Shown: in pieces, positions 1 to 15,097 of the stretch | Position numbering within the stretch: the first letter of the stretch is position 1 | Layout of the letters: every line of letters begins with the position of its first letter | Assembly (NCBI GenBank): GCA_900617105.1 | Contig: UYFQ01000132.1 | Location: 1 to 64,000 of the forward strand | Direction: 5' to 3' | Length of the DNA: 64,000 nucleotides | Source: Hydrurus foetidus | Lineage: Eukaryota | Translations under genes and position numbers: made by a program | Notes under the pieces: model-generated | Seen by the model: only the letters and a program-made list of their open reading frames with translations | Told to the model about the DNA's origin: nothing | Database searches by the model: none

Positions 1-95
1 TTCTCTTCTCTTCTCTTCTCTTCTCTTCTCTTCTGTTCTCTTCTCTTCTCTTCTCTTCTCTTCTCTTCTCTTCTCTTCTCTTCTCTTCTCTTCTC
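1..95. repeat. (TTCTC)n intronic microsatellite ahead of the splice acceptor at 108-109
   Basis: Direct pentamer tandem repeat. Confidence 0.95.
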
Positions 96-109
96 TCTTC
101 TCTTTTCAG

Positions 110-3100
110 TACTAGCAATCTTACACCACGCACATCGGTAGATGCATCATGGTATGGATTTTTCCCTCTCAAAAGCAAGAAGAATGTTACTTCTACTGAA
201 TTGAAGGATAGTCGAAGCATGCAAAACTCCGAAAAGGATAAAATTTGTAAAATTGGTAATACTGATAGCAATGACAAGAATGAGGAAAATGATATAAATG
301 TTGAGAATCGAAAGGGTAGTGATAGTGCAATTTTTATGTCCAACGATTTCGGAGTTGTGCTCCAAAATTTTCTATCCAAGGTACAGCAATCAATGTCACA
401 CTTAATCCAGAGACTGCTACTACTATTTTATTTATTTTTATTTTTAATTATTCTTATCTTATCTTATCTTATCTTATCTTATCTTATCTTATCTTATCTT
501 ATCTTATCTTATCTTATCTTATCTTATCTTATCTTATCTTATCTTATCTTATCTTATCTTATCTTATCTTATCTTATCTTATCTTATCTTATCTTATCTT
601 ATCTTATCTTATCTTATCTTATCTTATCTTATCTTATCTTATCTTATCTTATCTTATCTTATCTTATCTTCTCTTGTCTTATCTTATCTTATCTTATCTT
701 ATCTTATCGTATTTTATCGTATCGTATCGTATCGTATCGTATCTTATTTTTTGTAATCTGACTTTACCATCTATATCATTATCAGCAATCAGATCAGATG
801 ATGGTACCAGAAAAAATAAAAAATAAAATATCATCTCCAACAAAAAAATTCTCTGCCTCTTCTACTTCGTCTTCCTCAACTGGTTTGTATACTCCTGAGA
901 TAAAAGGAGAACCAATAATAAAGAATAAAATGGTAGAGAGCGAATTTTTGAAAGTTGAGATAAATCAAAATCAGTCCAATGATATTAAGTTTCAAATTAA
1001 AAATGAAGGTATATTCGAAATTAAAAGAGAAGAAGTGATTGAAAAAGCAGAAAAGGTCGAAAAAGAGGTAAAGAAAAAGGTTGAGAAAGAAGTAGAGAAA
1101 GAGGAGGTTTTCCGCCCTTTGGGTCCTATAGCTTTCATGCAGCTGCATGCAGGGATCCTGGATCTATCAACCTCATATGATTTCTCCAATGCTGAGGTGA
1201 CTGTTGATTTAATTGTGCCCGGATATTCTTTTTTATTATTGTCACTTTTATTTTTGTTTTTAATTTGATTATAATAGAGTGGTTGCGATTTTCGTTATTT
1301 GACCTTTTTTTTCAAATATTCAAAAAAACCCGAAAAAATATTCAAATATTCTTGAATCCCCCACTCAAAATAAAAAAAAGTCGAATCCGTCAAAATGTGA
1401 AATTCGACTTTTTTCATTCCGTGAAAATCACTGATCTCATTTTTATTTTCCCTGAGGGTTGAATTTTCCCTTCGCAACCACTTTGGGAGGGCATTTGAAA
1501 AGTTGAATATTCAAAAAGTAAAAAAGTCAAATAACGAAAATCGCAACCACTCTAATTCTCATTTTCATTTTATTTTTGTGTTTGTGACTATGCCCATGTC
1601 TATGTCTGTCTTCGCGTTATTTTTTTTACAACTTTTTTTTGCTCTCTTTTAAAGATCTTTCGTATCTTATTTTACAAATAAATATTATCATGTCATGTAG
1701 GTGGACTTGGTGTCTTCAGTTCCATCTAGAATCCCTTTAGGGAAACCTTCTCTATCCGAAGTGCTGCAGCTATTAAAAAGGAGTCACCATCTAAATCAAT
1801 CAAAATTGCAAAAAAAAAATAGGAAAAGCAGATATGGACGTAAAAATGCGAAAAATAAGAACAAAAACAACAATGACAATTATAATAATGAGAACGATTA
1901 CAATGATAATAATGGTAGTAGCACAACTAACAACATAGATCTCATCATGACCACAAATGATGTGATTGATAATCCTATTACATTTGCTGATGATTCGACA
2001 AACAAGGAATTAAATGAATTAGAAAAAATTAAATTGTATTTTTCTGCAGTTGCAGAACCGTGTAAAGGGTGTCAAAAACATTACAACCGGTTAGGGATCA
2101 GACCTTGGACTCTGATTCCAGACGAAAGTAAGAACATGAAATACAATGAAAATGAAAATGAAAATCAGAATGAGAGTGAACATAAGGATAAATCGAAAGA
2201 TAGATATTCAAGTCAAACGAATATTCGTGATGAGAACTGTGACAATCAAAACGAAGTGAAACGTGTAAGTACGATTAAAAATGAAATTGAATTTGGTCGG
2301 AATGAAGGAAAACTTAAATTTTCTGCTGCAGATTATACCGGAAGGTACGGTATAGTTAAACCGGGTGATATATATAGTGCAGGGTACACTCCAACAAATA
2401 ATAGTGACGTGTCAATAAATAAGAATGTCGAGAATATTCCATTTCCTATTCCTATTCCTATAACTATTCCTAGGAACGTTCTTTATGGTTTGCAAAGATG
2501 TCGAGAGATTCTTCTTAGGAACTCACACTTGCTACCCAGGTAGCAAAACATTTTTTGCAAAATTTTATAATATTGGATTGTTTTTGTTTGGTGCATTTTG
2601 TTGAACTTGAAGTTGAAGTTGAAGTATGGCAATTAATTTCTTTGCTACAATTAATGTCTTCTGTCTATCTGCCTGTCTGTCCACTGTCTGTACTTGATGA
2701 TTTTTTAACGCACTCCATTCTTATGATCTCATTTTCTTTTTCTTTTTCTCTTTCACTTCTTTTTTTCTTACAAGTAAAGAAGTGTAAATCATTTTAAGAC
2801 GTGAAATTTCAAAAATTTCAATGCTAACATAATTTGACTCATTACGATAAATAATCTGCCATCTTTTATATGAATCGTTTTCATCAAAGACGCTAGCGAT
2901 TTGAATATCACAATGTGCATCTAAGCATGATTGTATCTTATTTTTAAATTTTTTCAATATTTTTGCGATTTGAAGAGCACTGAGTCACGAAGATACTCTA
3001 CTAGTTCAACCGACAAGTATAAGTGGGGGAATAGAGATTGGATATCTAGGTATCGTGTTGTGTTGTGTTGTGTTGTGTTGTGTTGTGTTGTGTTGTGTTG

Positions 3101-6100
3101 TGTTGTGTTGTGTTGTGTTGTGTTGTGTTGTGTTGTGTTGTGTGGTGTGGTGTTGTGTGGTGTGGTGTGGTGTGGTGTGGTGTGGTGTCTTGTCTTGTCT
3201 TGTCTTGTCTTGTCTTGTCTTGTCTTGTCTTGTCTTGTCTTGTCTTGTCTTGTCTTGTCTTGTCTTGTCTTGTCTTGTCTTGTCTTGTCTTGTCTTGTCT
3301 TGTCTTGTCTTGTCTTGTCTTGTCTTGTGTGGTGTTGTATCGTATTGTATCATGTATTGTATTGATTGTATTGTATCTAGTGATCAGATTTTTACCTTTG
3401 CAAGAGATCGTTTCTGTGGTCTCGTAAAATGTTAAGAAATGGATGGTCCAATGAAAGGACTAGTACATTATTTATCATTCTAAATTAACAAATTATTCAT
3501 CGTTATTAATGATCAACAACATCAAATCATTTTTGCAGGTTATTTTTTATCACATTTCATGCCCGAAGAAAGTTGGACAGAGCACTACGAGAAACACGAT
3601 ATATTAAGATTGGATTGTTCCCGCTATATATGGCCTAAACTAAGCTTTATTCGAAAATGCGCTACACTAAGTAATTTCGGTCAAGAAAAAAAACTGTTAA
3701 TTGAAAAAAATAAAAATAAAAATTTCCAATTATCGGACGGCAATAATATGACATCTGAAAAATATGTCAACTATCCACATAACAAAGAAAATGTCAAATA
3801 TTCAAAAATATCTGGATTACCAATATGCGAAACAATTTCCGAAGATTTTTTATTTGAAAAACGAAGAAATTCACAGGAAAGAAATGATTTGAGAAAACAA
3901 TTTTCCGGTGAAAAACGGCCAAGACGTAGCGGCCAGAATGTTCTTTACTCAGACGATGAGGTTCAAGAAGATTCTTCGGAAGATGATGATAATGGGATGT
4001 CCTTGTTCTTTAGGGTATGTACGCAACCGTTATCTGTACGTGCGCAGTAAGTTATCTAGACGTCAATTCTTCACAAAAAATCTCGAAAGCAACTGACTGG
4101 AATACATGAACAACTTAATCATGCATCACTCGCTCTCTCCCACTGTCACTCTTTCCCTTCCTCCCTTTCTCTCTATCTTACTCTCTCCTTTTTCTTCCTC
4201 CCTAAACCCTTCCTCATCCCCTTTCCCCTTTGCACTCCCCTTTCTCCCTCTCTTTCTCCCTCCCTTCTTCCCTCTTTCTCTTTTATAGATGAAGAACCTG
4301 GCTCTGATGCAGTTGGACGTGCAGTCCAGAATGCTCACTTACGAAACAAACAAGGCAAGAGCGATTAAGTTTGTTAGGAACCTCACGCCACACATCAAAA
4401 CATACACGAGACTGCTATCGCATTCAGACACAGCGCACACAGCACACACAGAGAAACACACAGAGGCACAAACGGAGGAAACTTTATTCTGCACTAAAAA
4501 ATCGACAAATAAAAAAGCTAATAAGGATATTTATGACAGGACTCAAATAAATAAGAATGAAATGGCTCCCCAAATATTCGATAAAACAGCATTGCATCAA
4601 TCCGAAAAATCAAACACACTAAATTCAGTGGATGAGTCTTGTACCAAAAAATGCGCAGACCTTGAACCATCTAATTCCGACAAAAAGGAACAGAAAAACA
4701 GCTACAACTCTGTTTCCTCTGTACCCTGTGTTGAAGATTATTGTGAACGAGAAAAAGTCGTGAATTGTTCTGCAAAGGAAATGTGTCTGTGCTATCCGGT
4801 TGCGTGGAGTTTATTGTCCTCTTCCTGCCTATCGAGAGGTCAGCTTGTTCTATATTGCACATCTCTTTGATTTTGCCTGGTTTTGATTTTTTGTCTATTC
4901 CCCCTCTCATCATTCTCCTTTTCATTTTCATCTTCCTCTTCATCTTTCTCTTCATCTTTCTCTTCTTCCCATTTCTCTACTTTCCTTCATTTCCTTCATT
5001 TTTTTCACTTCTTTCATCTTATTTTGCATACTAGTTATCCATTTCTCTTCATCTCCATCCTCATCCTCGTCCCATTCCTCCCGAATCCTTCTTCTTATGC
5101 TTAGGAGCCCATGGAGTTGTTGTCCCTCACTCCATATGCTCCGATTGCTGCAACGTGAGAGAGGTACTTTGATGATAGCTAGTTAGTCGACTATTGTTAC
5201 TGATCGTCCCTCTTTAACTCTACCTTACTTTCTATTTCTTCTCTACTTCCTTTTTTCTACATTTCCTATCTACATTATCCTCTCCCTTACCCTCTTTCAT
5301 TCCCTCTCCTTCTCCTTTTCCTTCTCCCTCTCCACCTCCTTGTTATTGTTTTTCTTTCCAATCTCTCTTTCTACATTTGTTACATTATCATTGATAAAAT
5401 TTTCCCTTGATACAAATTTCTGAAACCCCACAATCGCAATTTACGGTTTTGAATTCTAGGGTTATACAGAAATTTTAAATTTCGAGCTTGGCGTTTTATT
5501 TCACTCGAAACCTGGTAAAGAATACAGGGCACTGAACCCCCTCTGCCCCACACACAACACACACAACACATACCACACACACAACACACACAGTTCACAA
5601 CACAAGGAAATCAATAAGGCCGAGAGAGTGGACAAGAAGGAGACTACTGAAAATGCCAACAACCTTAACTGGAAGATCGGTAACGATGCTGACGAAGTTG
5701 GCCGTGTATCCCGTGAATACGGTATGATTATACTGCCATTTCCGTTTGACCTGTGTGGAGGAAAGCCGTACTATGAGGAGGATGAAGGGCGATTCACGCA
5801 TCGACCCTTCATCAACGGGAGTGTTAAAGAGGTGCGTATTCGGATGCCGTGAATCGTATATTGTAATTTGTAACTGTTATTTTGAATACAATTAGACGAT
5901 GTATTGAATTCATCTATACGGTATCTGATACGTGAGTAGATCGTGCACCTTTCTATATCTTCCCCGCGTTATTGTAATTGCTCTCATGTTGTCATATTGC
6001 TACTCCTTTTCTACAGTTTTATCGTTTTTACATTTTCTTGTATTATCCTCCTAATCGAATTCTTGACATTTCATGAGAATTCGTGTTTTGTGTATAACTC

Positions 6101-6775
6101 TAGGTGGCAAAATACGGATCTCAACTGAACCTTCCGACAGAATCTCCGATGGAACATTCCGGATCTCAAAGCTGCTCCGATTTTGGATCGCAAAGAAGCC
6201 AGGAACATTCCGAACAGTTTCTTCCGAATACTTTTTCTCCCATCAAAATACGTGATTTCGGACAATTAGAATCATCATCAGTTTTTACTGATTTCGAAAC
6301 AAATGAAAATGATAAATTTCATTTTGAAAAAGTTTTATCATCTCATGAGAAACTCGATAATTTCATTTTGAATTATCAGAGGAGTACGGGATATTGTTCG
6401 GCAGAAATAAAAGAAGAAAAACCATTGAGAAGATTCAGCACAATTCGGAAATCATTTCGATCATCATCAATTCTTTCCGATTCTAGTAGGAAGTGTTCTA
6501 ATAGCTATAGTGAAGACAATAATAAAGACTCTATGATAACCGTTGACGAACACTGCAGTAGTGCAAATAATTTCTATAGTCCAATAAAATCTGGATTGAC
6601 CTGTACAATGAGAACAACTGATAGCATCGACAAAAGAAAGGGAAAAAGGAAAATCACTTATCCGGAGTCTCCGGCCACCCCTGTAAAACCTTTTCAACGC
6701 GAACTGCATCGAAAGACAAGCGCCGAGTCGGATGTCGAGGGATCGCCTTCATTCGCTTCTGACTTCATGTGCTGA
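110..6775 (+). CDS. TDP1: Tyrosyl-DNA phosphodiesterase 1-like protein with large low-complexity insertions; 5' end lies upstream. Approximate exons 110-380, 786-1196, 1701-2539, 3539-4014, 4289-4838, 5105-5163, 5460-5831, 6104-6775
   Basis: TDP1-like motifs in the expected order: TSNLT, NDFGVVLQNFL, YDFSNAEV/DLVSSVP, PHIKTYTR (second HxK), AWSLLSSSCLSRGAHG (cf. TSANLSKAAWG), NFELGVLF, LPFPFDL..PY..RPFIN. GT-AG junctions checked at 4839/5104, 5164/5459 and 5832/6103 are phase-compatible. Confidence 0.75.
453..745. repeat. (TCTTA)n grading into (TCGTA)n intronic microsatellite
   Basis: Direct tandem repeat; source of the spurious ILSYL ORF tail. Confidence 0.95.
1275..1554. mobile_element. 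~280-bp MITE in an intron, TIR ~34 bp starting TAGAGTGGTTGCGATTTTCG
   Basis: TAGAGTGGTTGCGATTTTCGTTATTTGACCTTTTT at 1275 and its near-perfect reverse complement ending at 1554. No 8-bp TSD; the terminal TA may be the TSD. Confidence 0.85.
3055..3375. repeat. Compound pentamer microsatellite (TGTTG)n-(TGTGG)n-(TGTCT)n-(TGTAT)n in an intron
   Basis: Direct tandem repeats. Confidence 0.95.
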
Positions 6776-7389
6776 TACTTATATTTGAATCATTTTGATA
6801 ATCTCGTCTCCACTCTTTCTGTTTTTTCTTCATATATGTATCCCTGGTAGGAGAAATCAGCATTTACTCAACTTCCGCTTGAGTGTGTATGACCCACTTA
6901 AGAAAAGAGTTCAGCTACATTCTTCAGAATCCATAATGAATCTTAACTCTCTGAGATTGATACGGAAATAATTGGTTCGTATACGGTATTTACAATCCTG
7001 GGCCTACTTGCAGACCGAACACTCTATTGACGACGAGATTGAAGATCAATAACTAGAGATCGTAGTTAGTAAATGATGTGGTATTTCGCCGTTACCCGCA
7101 ACTGAGCTCAACCAAGAATAAAAAATGAAGAGATTACGGTCGAAATTACATTAGAGAGCACTGTCGAATGTCCAATACGATACGATACGACACGATACGA
7201 TGCCGTTTATATGTTACGATGAGAGTATATCATATGTGATGTGAGGTCCATACAAGGCCTCACATTGGCTACTGAACTCGACTAATACCGACTTGACACA
7301 AAGTACTCAGTGTTGCTCCTTTACCGGAGGTGACCTCTGCTTGTCAGTCGGACAGGTCACCATCACAGGAGCTACGAAGCTACTCATAT

Positions 7390-10733
<3,344 letters not shown>

Positions 10734-10887
10734 TTAATTTTTATTCGCATACGAGCCCATGAAAATCCCCTACAGGGGGACAAATGAAACGACATCATGA
10801 CTCATGACTGATGACTCATGACCTACGACCTACGACCCAGACCTACCTACTAAAACCACTTCGAAAAGCAATTATATGTGTGCCTAA

Positions 10888-11134
10888 GGGCCATTGTTAT
10901 CGAAAGCTCAAAATCCGAATATCGGATTATCCGATTATCCGATATTCGGATTTCTGCGAAATCGTATATTCGAGTAGGACCCTATTATCCGAAGCCCATA
11001 TTGGAGCAGCGGATAATAGGGTCTATATTCGAGCACGAACGAATATAGACGAATATAGGTGTACATGCATATTCGGGTTCGTTGAGTGTATAATGTATAT
11101 TCGGGTCGGATATTCGTTTCGATAATAATGGCCC
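10888..11134. mobile_element. 247-bp PIF/Harbinger-type (Tourist-like) MITE
   Basis: 18-bp TIR GGGCCATTGTTATCGAAA / TTTCGATAATAATGGCCC with 1 mismatch, flanked by TAA on both sides; internal ATATTCG/CGAATAT repeats. Confidence 0.85.
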
Positions 11135-13771
11135 TAATCCAGTAAAAGTTGAAAATATATTCAACTAGTAGAAACACGAATAATCAGAGTATAATCTGTA
11201 CCGTGTGTAGCAAGCACATTCCTATCCATCAAGCACATTCCGCATTGTTCATAACACAAGACTCAATCTCCTTCGAATAGTCATTGGGACATCACATGAA
11301 CGTGTGCCATCTGTCAGCCATGACCATCTTCATACAAAGTCTCTCCCAATCATCTCCCAAATGGACGATTTTTTTCAGAACCTTAAAGCTGCAAGTAGAT
11401 CGCAGGCTACCATCGATAATTACGCTAGGAGAGAAAAGCAATTCTTTCGTTGGCTCAAAATTGAGAATCCCTCCTGTTGGAATGGTGATGATGTTATGCC
11501 TTCATTAGAAAGAGTTACTTCAGTAATGATGTGCAAGTTTATTTCAGTTCAGTCACTTATTGTGTCGACAGGAGCGATGAAGAGTTACTCTACTCCAGAA
11601 GGCCACCATTCTATGTTTGTAAATCTTTTTGGTCGTTTAAAAGTTCAATTACCAAAAACCTTCGAGAAAGAGTGGACTCAATTCTCAAAGGGGTACCGGA
11701 ACAAAGTTGCTGAAAACATCTCAGATGGAGTTACAACTACTGCTGGATCAGACAAGATTACATTCAACGAGTACAAAATGTTAGCTGCGCATGCAGCAAA
11801 GTCGAGCACTTTCTACGCTCACGGCTTTTTGGTGCTGGGATGGAATCTAATGGCAAGATCAGGTATCATTGGCCTGAAATTGTTTCAACTCTTACTATAT
11901 TTATGTCAAATCGCTAATACATTTGGTTTTACATTAGGGAGTACAGGAGACGTTAAGTACGAGCATTTACGTATGAATGGTGATCACATCATAGTGGTGA
12001 TCCCTCGTCACAAAGGGGATCGGTGTGGTGAGAATCCCACAGAAAAAGCCCTATTCTCAAACCCAACATGTCCAGAAATATGCCCTTTTCTTATGCTGGG
12101 AATTGTTTTGTTATCAAGAGAAATTTATCGTCCGCGCGATAGCATTATTCTCGGGACCAAGCTGGGTGAGAATATTAACTTATGGTTGAGAAGTGTCGCA
12201 ACAGCAACAGCTGAAGATGCTGATGGTGCGGTTGTTGGAGTCAATAGTGCTCATCTGACTTCACACTGCACCAGAAAAGGGTCCACATCATATGTTGTGT
12301 CTCTACCAGGGTTAAGCAATGTCATTGCTTGTTGGTTGAGAGCAGGGTGGCAGCTTGGTGGAGTCCTACCAGCATACATAACTGTCGAATCGGGAGGCGA
12401 TCAAACGGTTGGGAGAACAGTATCTGGATTGCCATCCGGTGGAATCGATTTCACTTTATTATCTGCGAGATTCAAGCCAGATGCAGCGATTGATTGGACT
12501 GGCATTGTTCCAAACTATGACTCCTACCCTGTGGATTTCCGTTTTATTGTCCCGTACTTGGTGGCAGCGGTAGTATACCACGCAGCTTGGATAAAGGACT
12601 ACCTACCTGAGAATCACCCTATCTTCATTGGACGCTGTTGGCGATCTGGTGCACAGATCAGCTTAAATCATTTCTGCTAGCACCATCTAGAATGGCATGC
12701 CATCAAACAGGAATGGTGGCTACAGGCATACCTCCACTGCATGCGTTCATGAATCAACAGCAGGACAGTAATTCAGCTATTTTATCTGCTATTGAACAGC
12801 ATAGCAGAGCAGCGGTAGAAAACACAAGGTCACCAATCGGTATGTGAAGCACATTGCTCTATCTGCGAATGAACTTGTAAACCACAATCACTATCATACT
12901 TCATCCTCTCAGATATCAGATTGGACAAAATTGAGTCCCTATTGCAAGAGACTCTGGATGCAGCAAAGAATTCGACATTCACTTGTTCTTGTTCCTCAAG
13001 CACAACATCATCCATAGTACCTGCTGTCAGCACTGATGCGATGGCCGCTGGAGGCGCTCGCACATGGCATTATGGGGGGAAACTACACAGAGTCCCAGCG
13101 GGTTTCAGGATGTTGACCAAGATATCACTACAAGCTCTGCATCAACTCTGGTACGACGGCATCGAGATCGAGAGAATTTGCCCTTTCCGGCTCCTGGACG
13201 GCAAAGATGTACACAAAGATGACAGAAAGCACCTTTCATCTGCGAAAGCTTTGGTGCTTGAAGTTGACAAGTTTTTGCCTGTTGGATTTAGGGCTTCAAG
13301 TTCGTCGGACAGAGATGTGGTCTGGGGCGGGGCCTAGGACGTTGGAGCTGATGTTGGTGGGCGGTTAGTGCAAGCGGTGGGCAAGGAAGGTGGTAGTCGG
13401 TGGAATAGACTTGTGTTAGTATCTTACAGTTGAGTATATACAAGTGATGTGTACGCTAAGTGCTCTCACGTCATATATGGAACTAAGACCTAAAAGTGGA
13501 ATCTGGGCGTAATATACCTATTGTACCTAGTTAACCTAGACACATTGTATCCCCTTAGGAATGCAATAAGGCTACACTACCCCTTCTTCCTTTTTTGAAG
13601 ATCTTTGATATGATATACAAAAAAAGAAAAAAAGAAAAGATATGTAAAACATATATGAGATATAGATGAAACGATTATGTCAGACTTTTACTGACTAAAC
13701 TCTCCAAAAAAGACCCGTAGGTAAAAAAAATAGGAGAGAATCCTCATGGATAAAGTTTCAAATATATTAAG

Positions 13772-15097
13772 TCATCGATGTTGCTTATTGATTAATTTAG
13801 TCATGTTATTATGACGTAAATAATCATGAAGTTTATCAACATCACGAAGACTTGAGTAAGGTTCCCAAGTGTTTTTGTCTGAAGGGTAATTTAACCATTT
13901 GACTAAAAACTCTATGTGGGTACGTTGGTGTTTGCCACGATGATCAAGAATGTCTTCAACAAAGTATTCCATGTGATCACGTCGTGCAACATCCAACGGA
14001 TTTGTGATTGAAGGGTCAAATAGAAACGGTTTCATTGCAGAAACATGAAACTCTGAAGTTTTCTGAGTGACTAGATCATATAGTGTATAACGCGAATTTT
14101 CGCCACTAACGACTTTTAAGGGACCTCTCCAATGCGTGTGAAGACGTGAAGGAGGAGAACCATCGCGATAGTGTACTAAGACATATGAATCTTTTGGATA
14201 CTCGATATGTTGAGAGATTTGAGACTGACTTTGATGAAGCAAATCTGTACGAAGAAGTTCTTTAGCAGAAGCTTTGAGGAGACTATCTTGTGTTTTGATT
14301 AGATTGCTTAATCGTTTTGACAAAGGTTTGTCATCAGTAACAATTCGCTCAGCAGGAGGTAAAAAGATACCTCTGTCGAGTTTAAGTACATTTCCGAAAA
14401 GAAGTTGTGAAGCTGATATCTTCAAACGATCACTGTGATTAGAATTTATAATTCTTTGCACAAATGGAAGTGATTCTTTATAGTCTTCTAGTGTGACATT
14501 ATCAAATGTTAATGCACGAAGATGTCTATTAACTTCTTTATTCATGCGCTCAACAATAGCATTTTCTTCTTTAGAGTATGCTAAAGTAAGACAATGTTGA
14601 GTGCCGATCAGAGTTAGAAACTCTTTAATTACTTCGGAAATGAAGTGTGGCCCATTATCAGAACGGAGTTGAAGAGGTGCGCCGAAACGACCGAAATGTT
14701 GCAAGAGGCATTTAGCTGTTGAAAGTGCAGTAGCATCTTCTGTATGAAACAGTTCAACCCATCTTGTGAACGTATCGATAATTACGAGTACGTACCCGCC
14801 GTCTGGAAACGGTCCTATGAAGTCTATGTTAAGGCATTCCATAGGTGTGTAAGTAGAAGTCGAGAAGCCATGAGCATGTATTGGTATCTTTAACATACTC
14901 ATCTTCTGACAACACGAACAGTGATCTATGAAGTACCTGACATGCTGTCGCATATATTGCCAATTTTCATTTCTATCTCTGAGACGTTTTATAGTACGCT
15001 CGAGGCCGAAATGACCAACTTGTGAATTGTGCAGTTTACTGATTTTATCATACTGCTCACGTGTTAGTTTAAATTTTTCAATAGTATTAGCAGACAT
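13772..15097 (-). CDS. Gypsy integrase plus chromodomain (pol 3' part, frameshifted from RT-RH near 15120)
   Basis: H..GHFG..C..C zinc finger, IDFIGP/SDNG/ERMN DDE core, GPY/F-like WRGP, YFVEDILDHR..FLVKWLNY..NTWEP chromodomain. Confidence 0.93.
   Translation of the reverse strand: MSANTIEKFKLTREQYDKISKLHNSQVGHFGLERTIKRLRDRNENWQYMRQHVRYFIDHCSCCQKMSMLKIPIHAHGFSTSTYTPMECLNIDFIGPFPDGGYVLVIIDTFTRWVELFHTEDATALSTAKCLLQHFGRFGAPLQLRSDNGPHFISEVIKEFLTLIGTQHCLTLAYSKEENAIVERMNKEVNRHLRALTFDNVTLEDYKESLPFVQRIINSNHSDRLKISASQLLFGNVLKLDRGIFLPPAERIVTDDKPLSKRLSNLIKTQDSLLKASAKELLRTDLLHQSQSQISQHIEYPKDSYVLVHYRDGSPPSRLHTHWRGPLKVVSGENSRYTLYDLVTQKTSEFHVSAMKPFLFDPSITNPLDVARRDHMEYFVEDILDHRGKHQRTHIEFLVKWLNYPSDKNTWEPYSSLRDVDKLHDYLRHNNMTKLINKQHR

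Noticed and set aside
3006..3435. Cys/Val- or TRQDK-repeat ORFs, and the ILSYL ORF tail at 381-761
   Set aside because: Translations of intronic microsatellites
6104..6775. Stand-alone 223-aa gene
   Set aside because: Starts at a TAG|G acceptor in phase with the donor at 5832; better read as the last exon of the TDP1-like gene
11304..12680. Phage or bacterial integrase (prophage or HGT)
   Set aside because: Spliceosomal introns and Crypton-type motifs; no phage genes nearby
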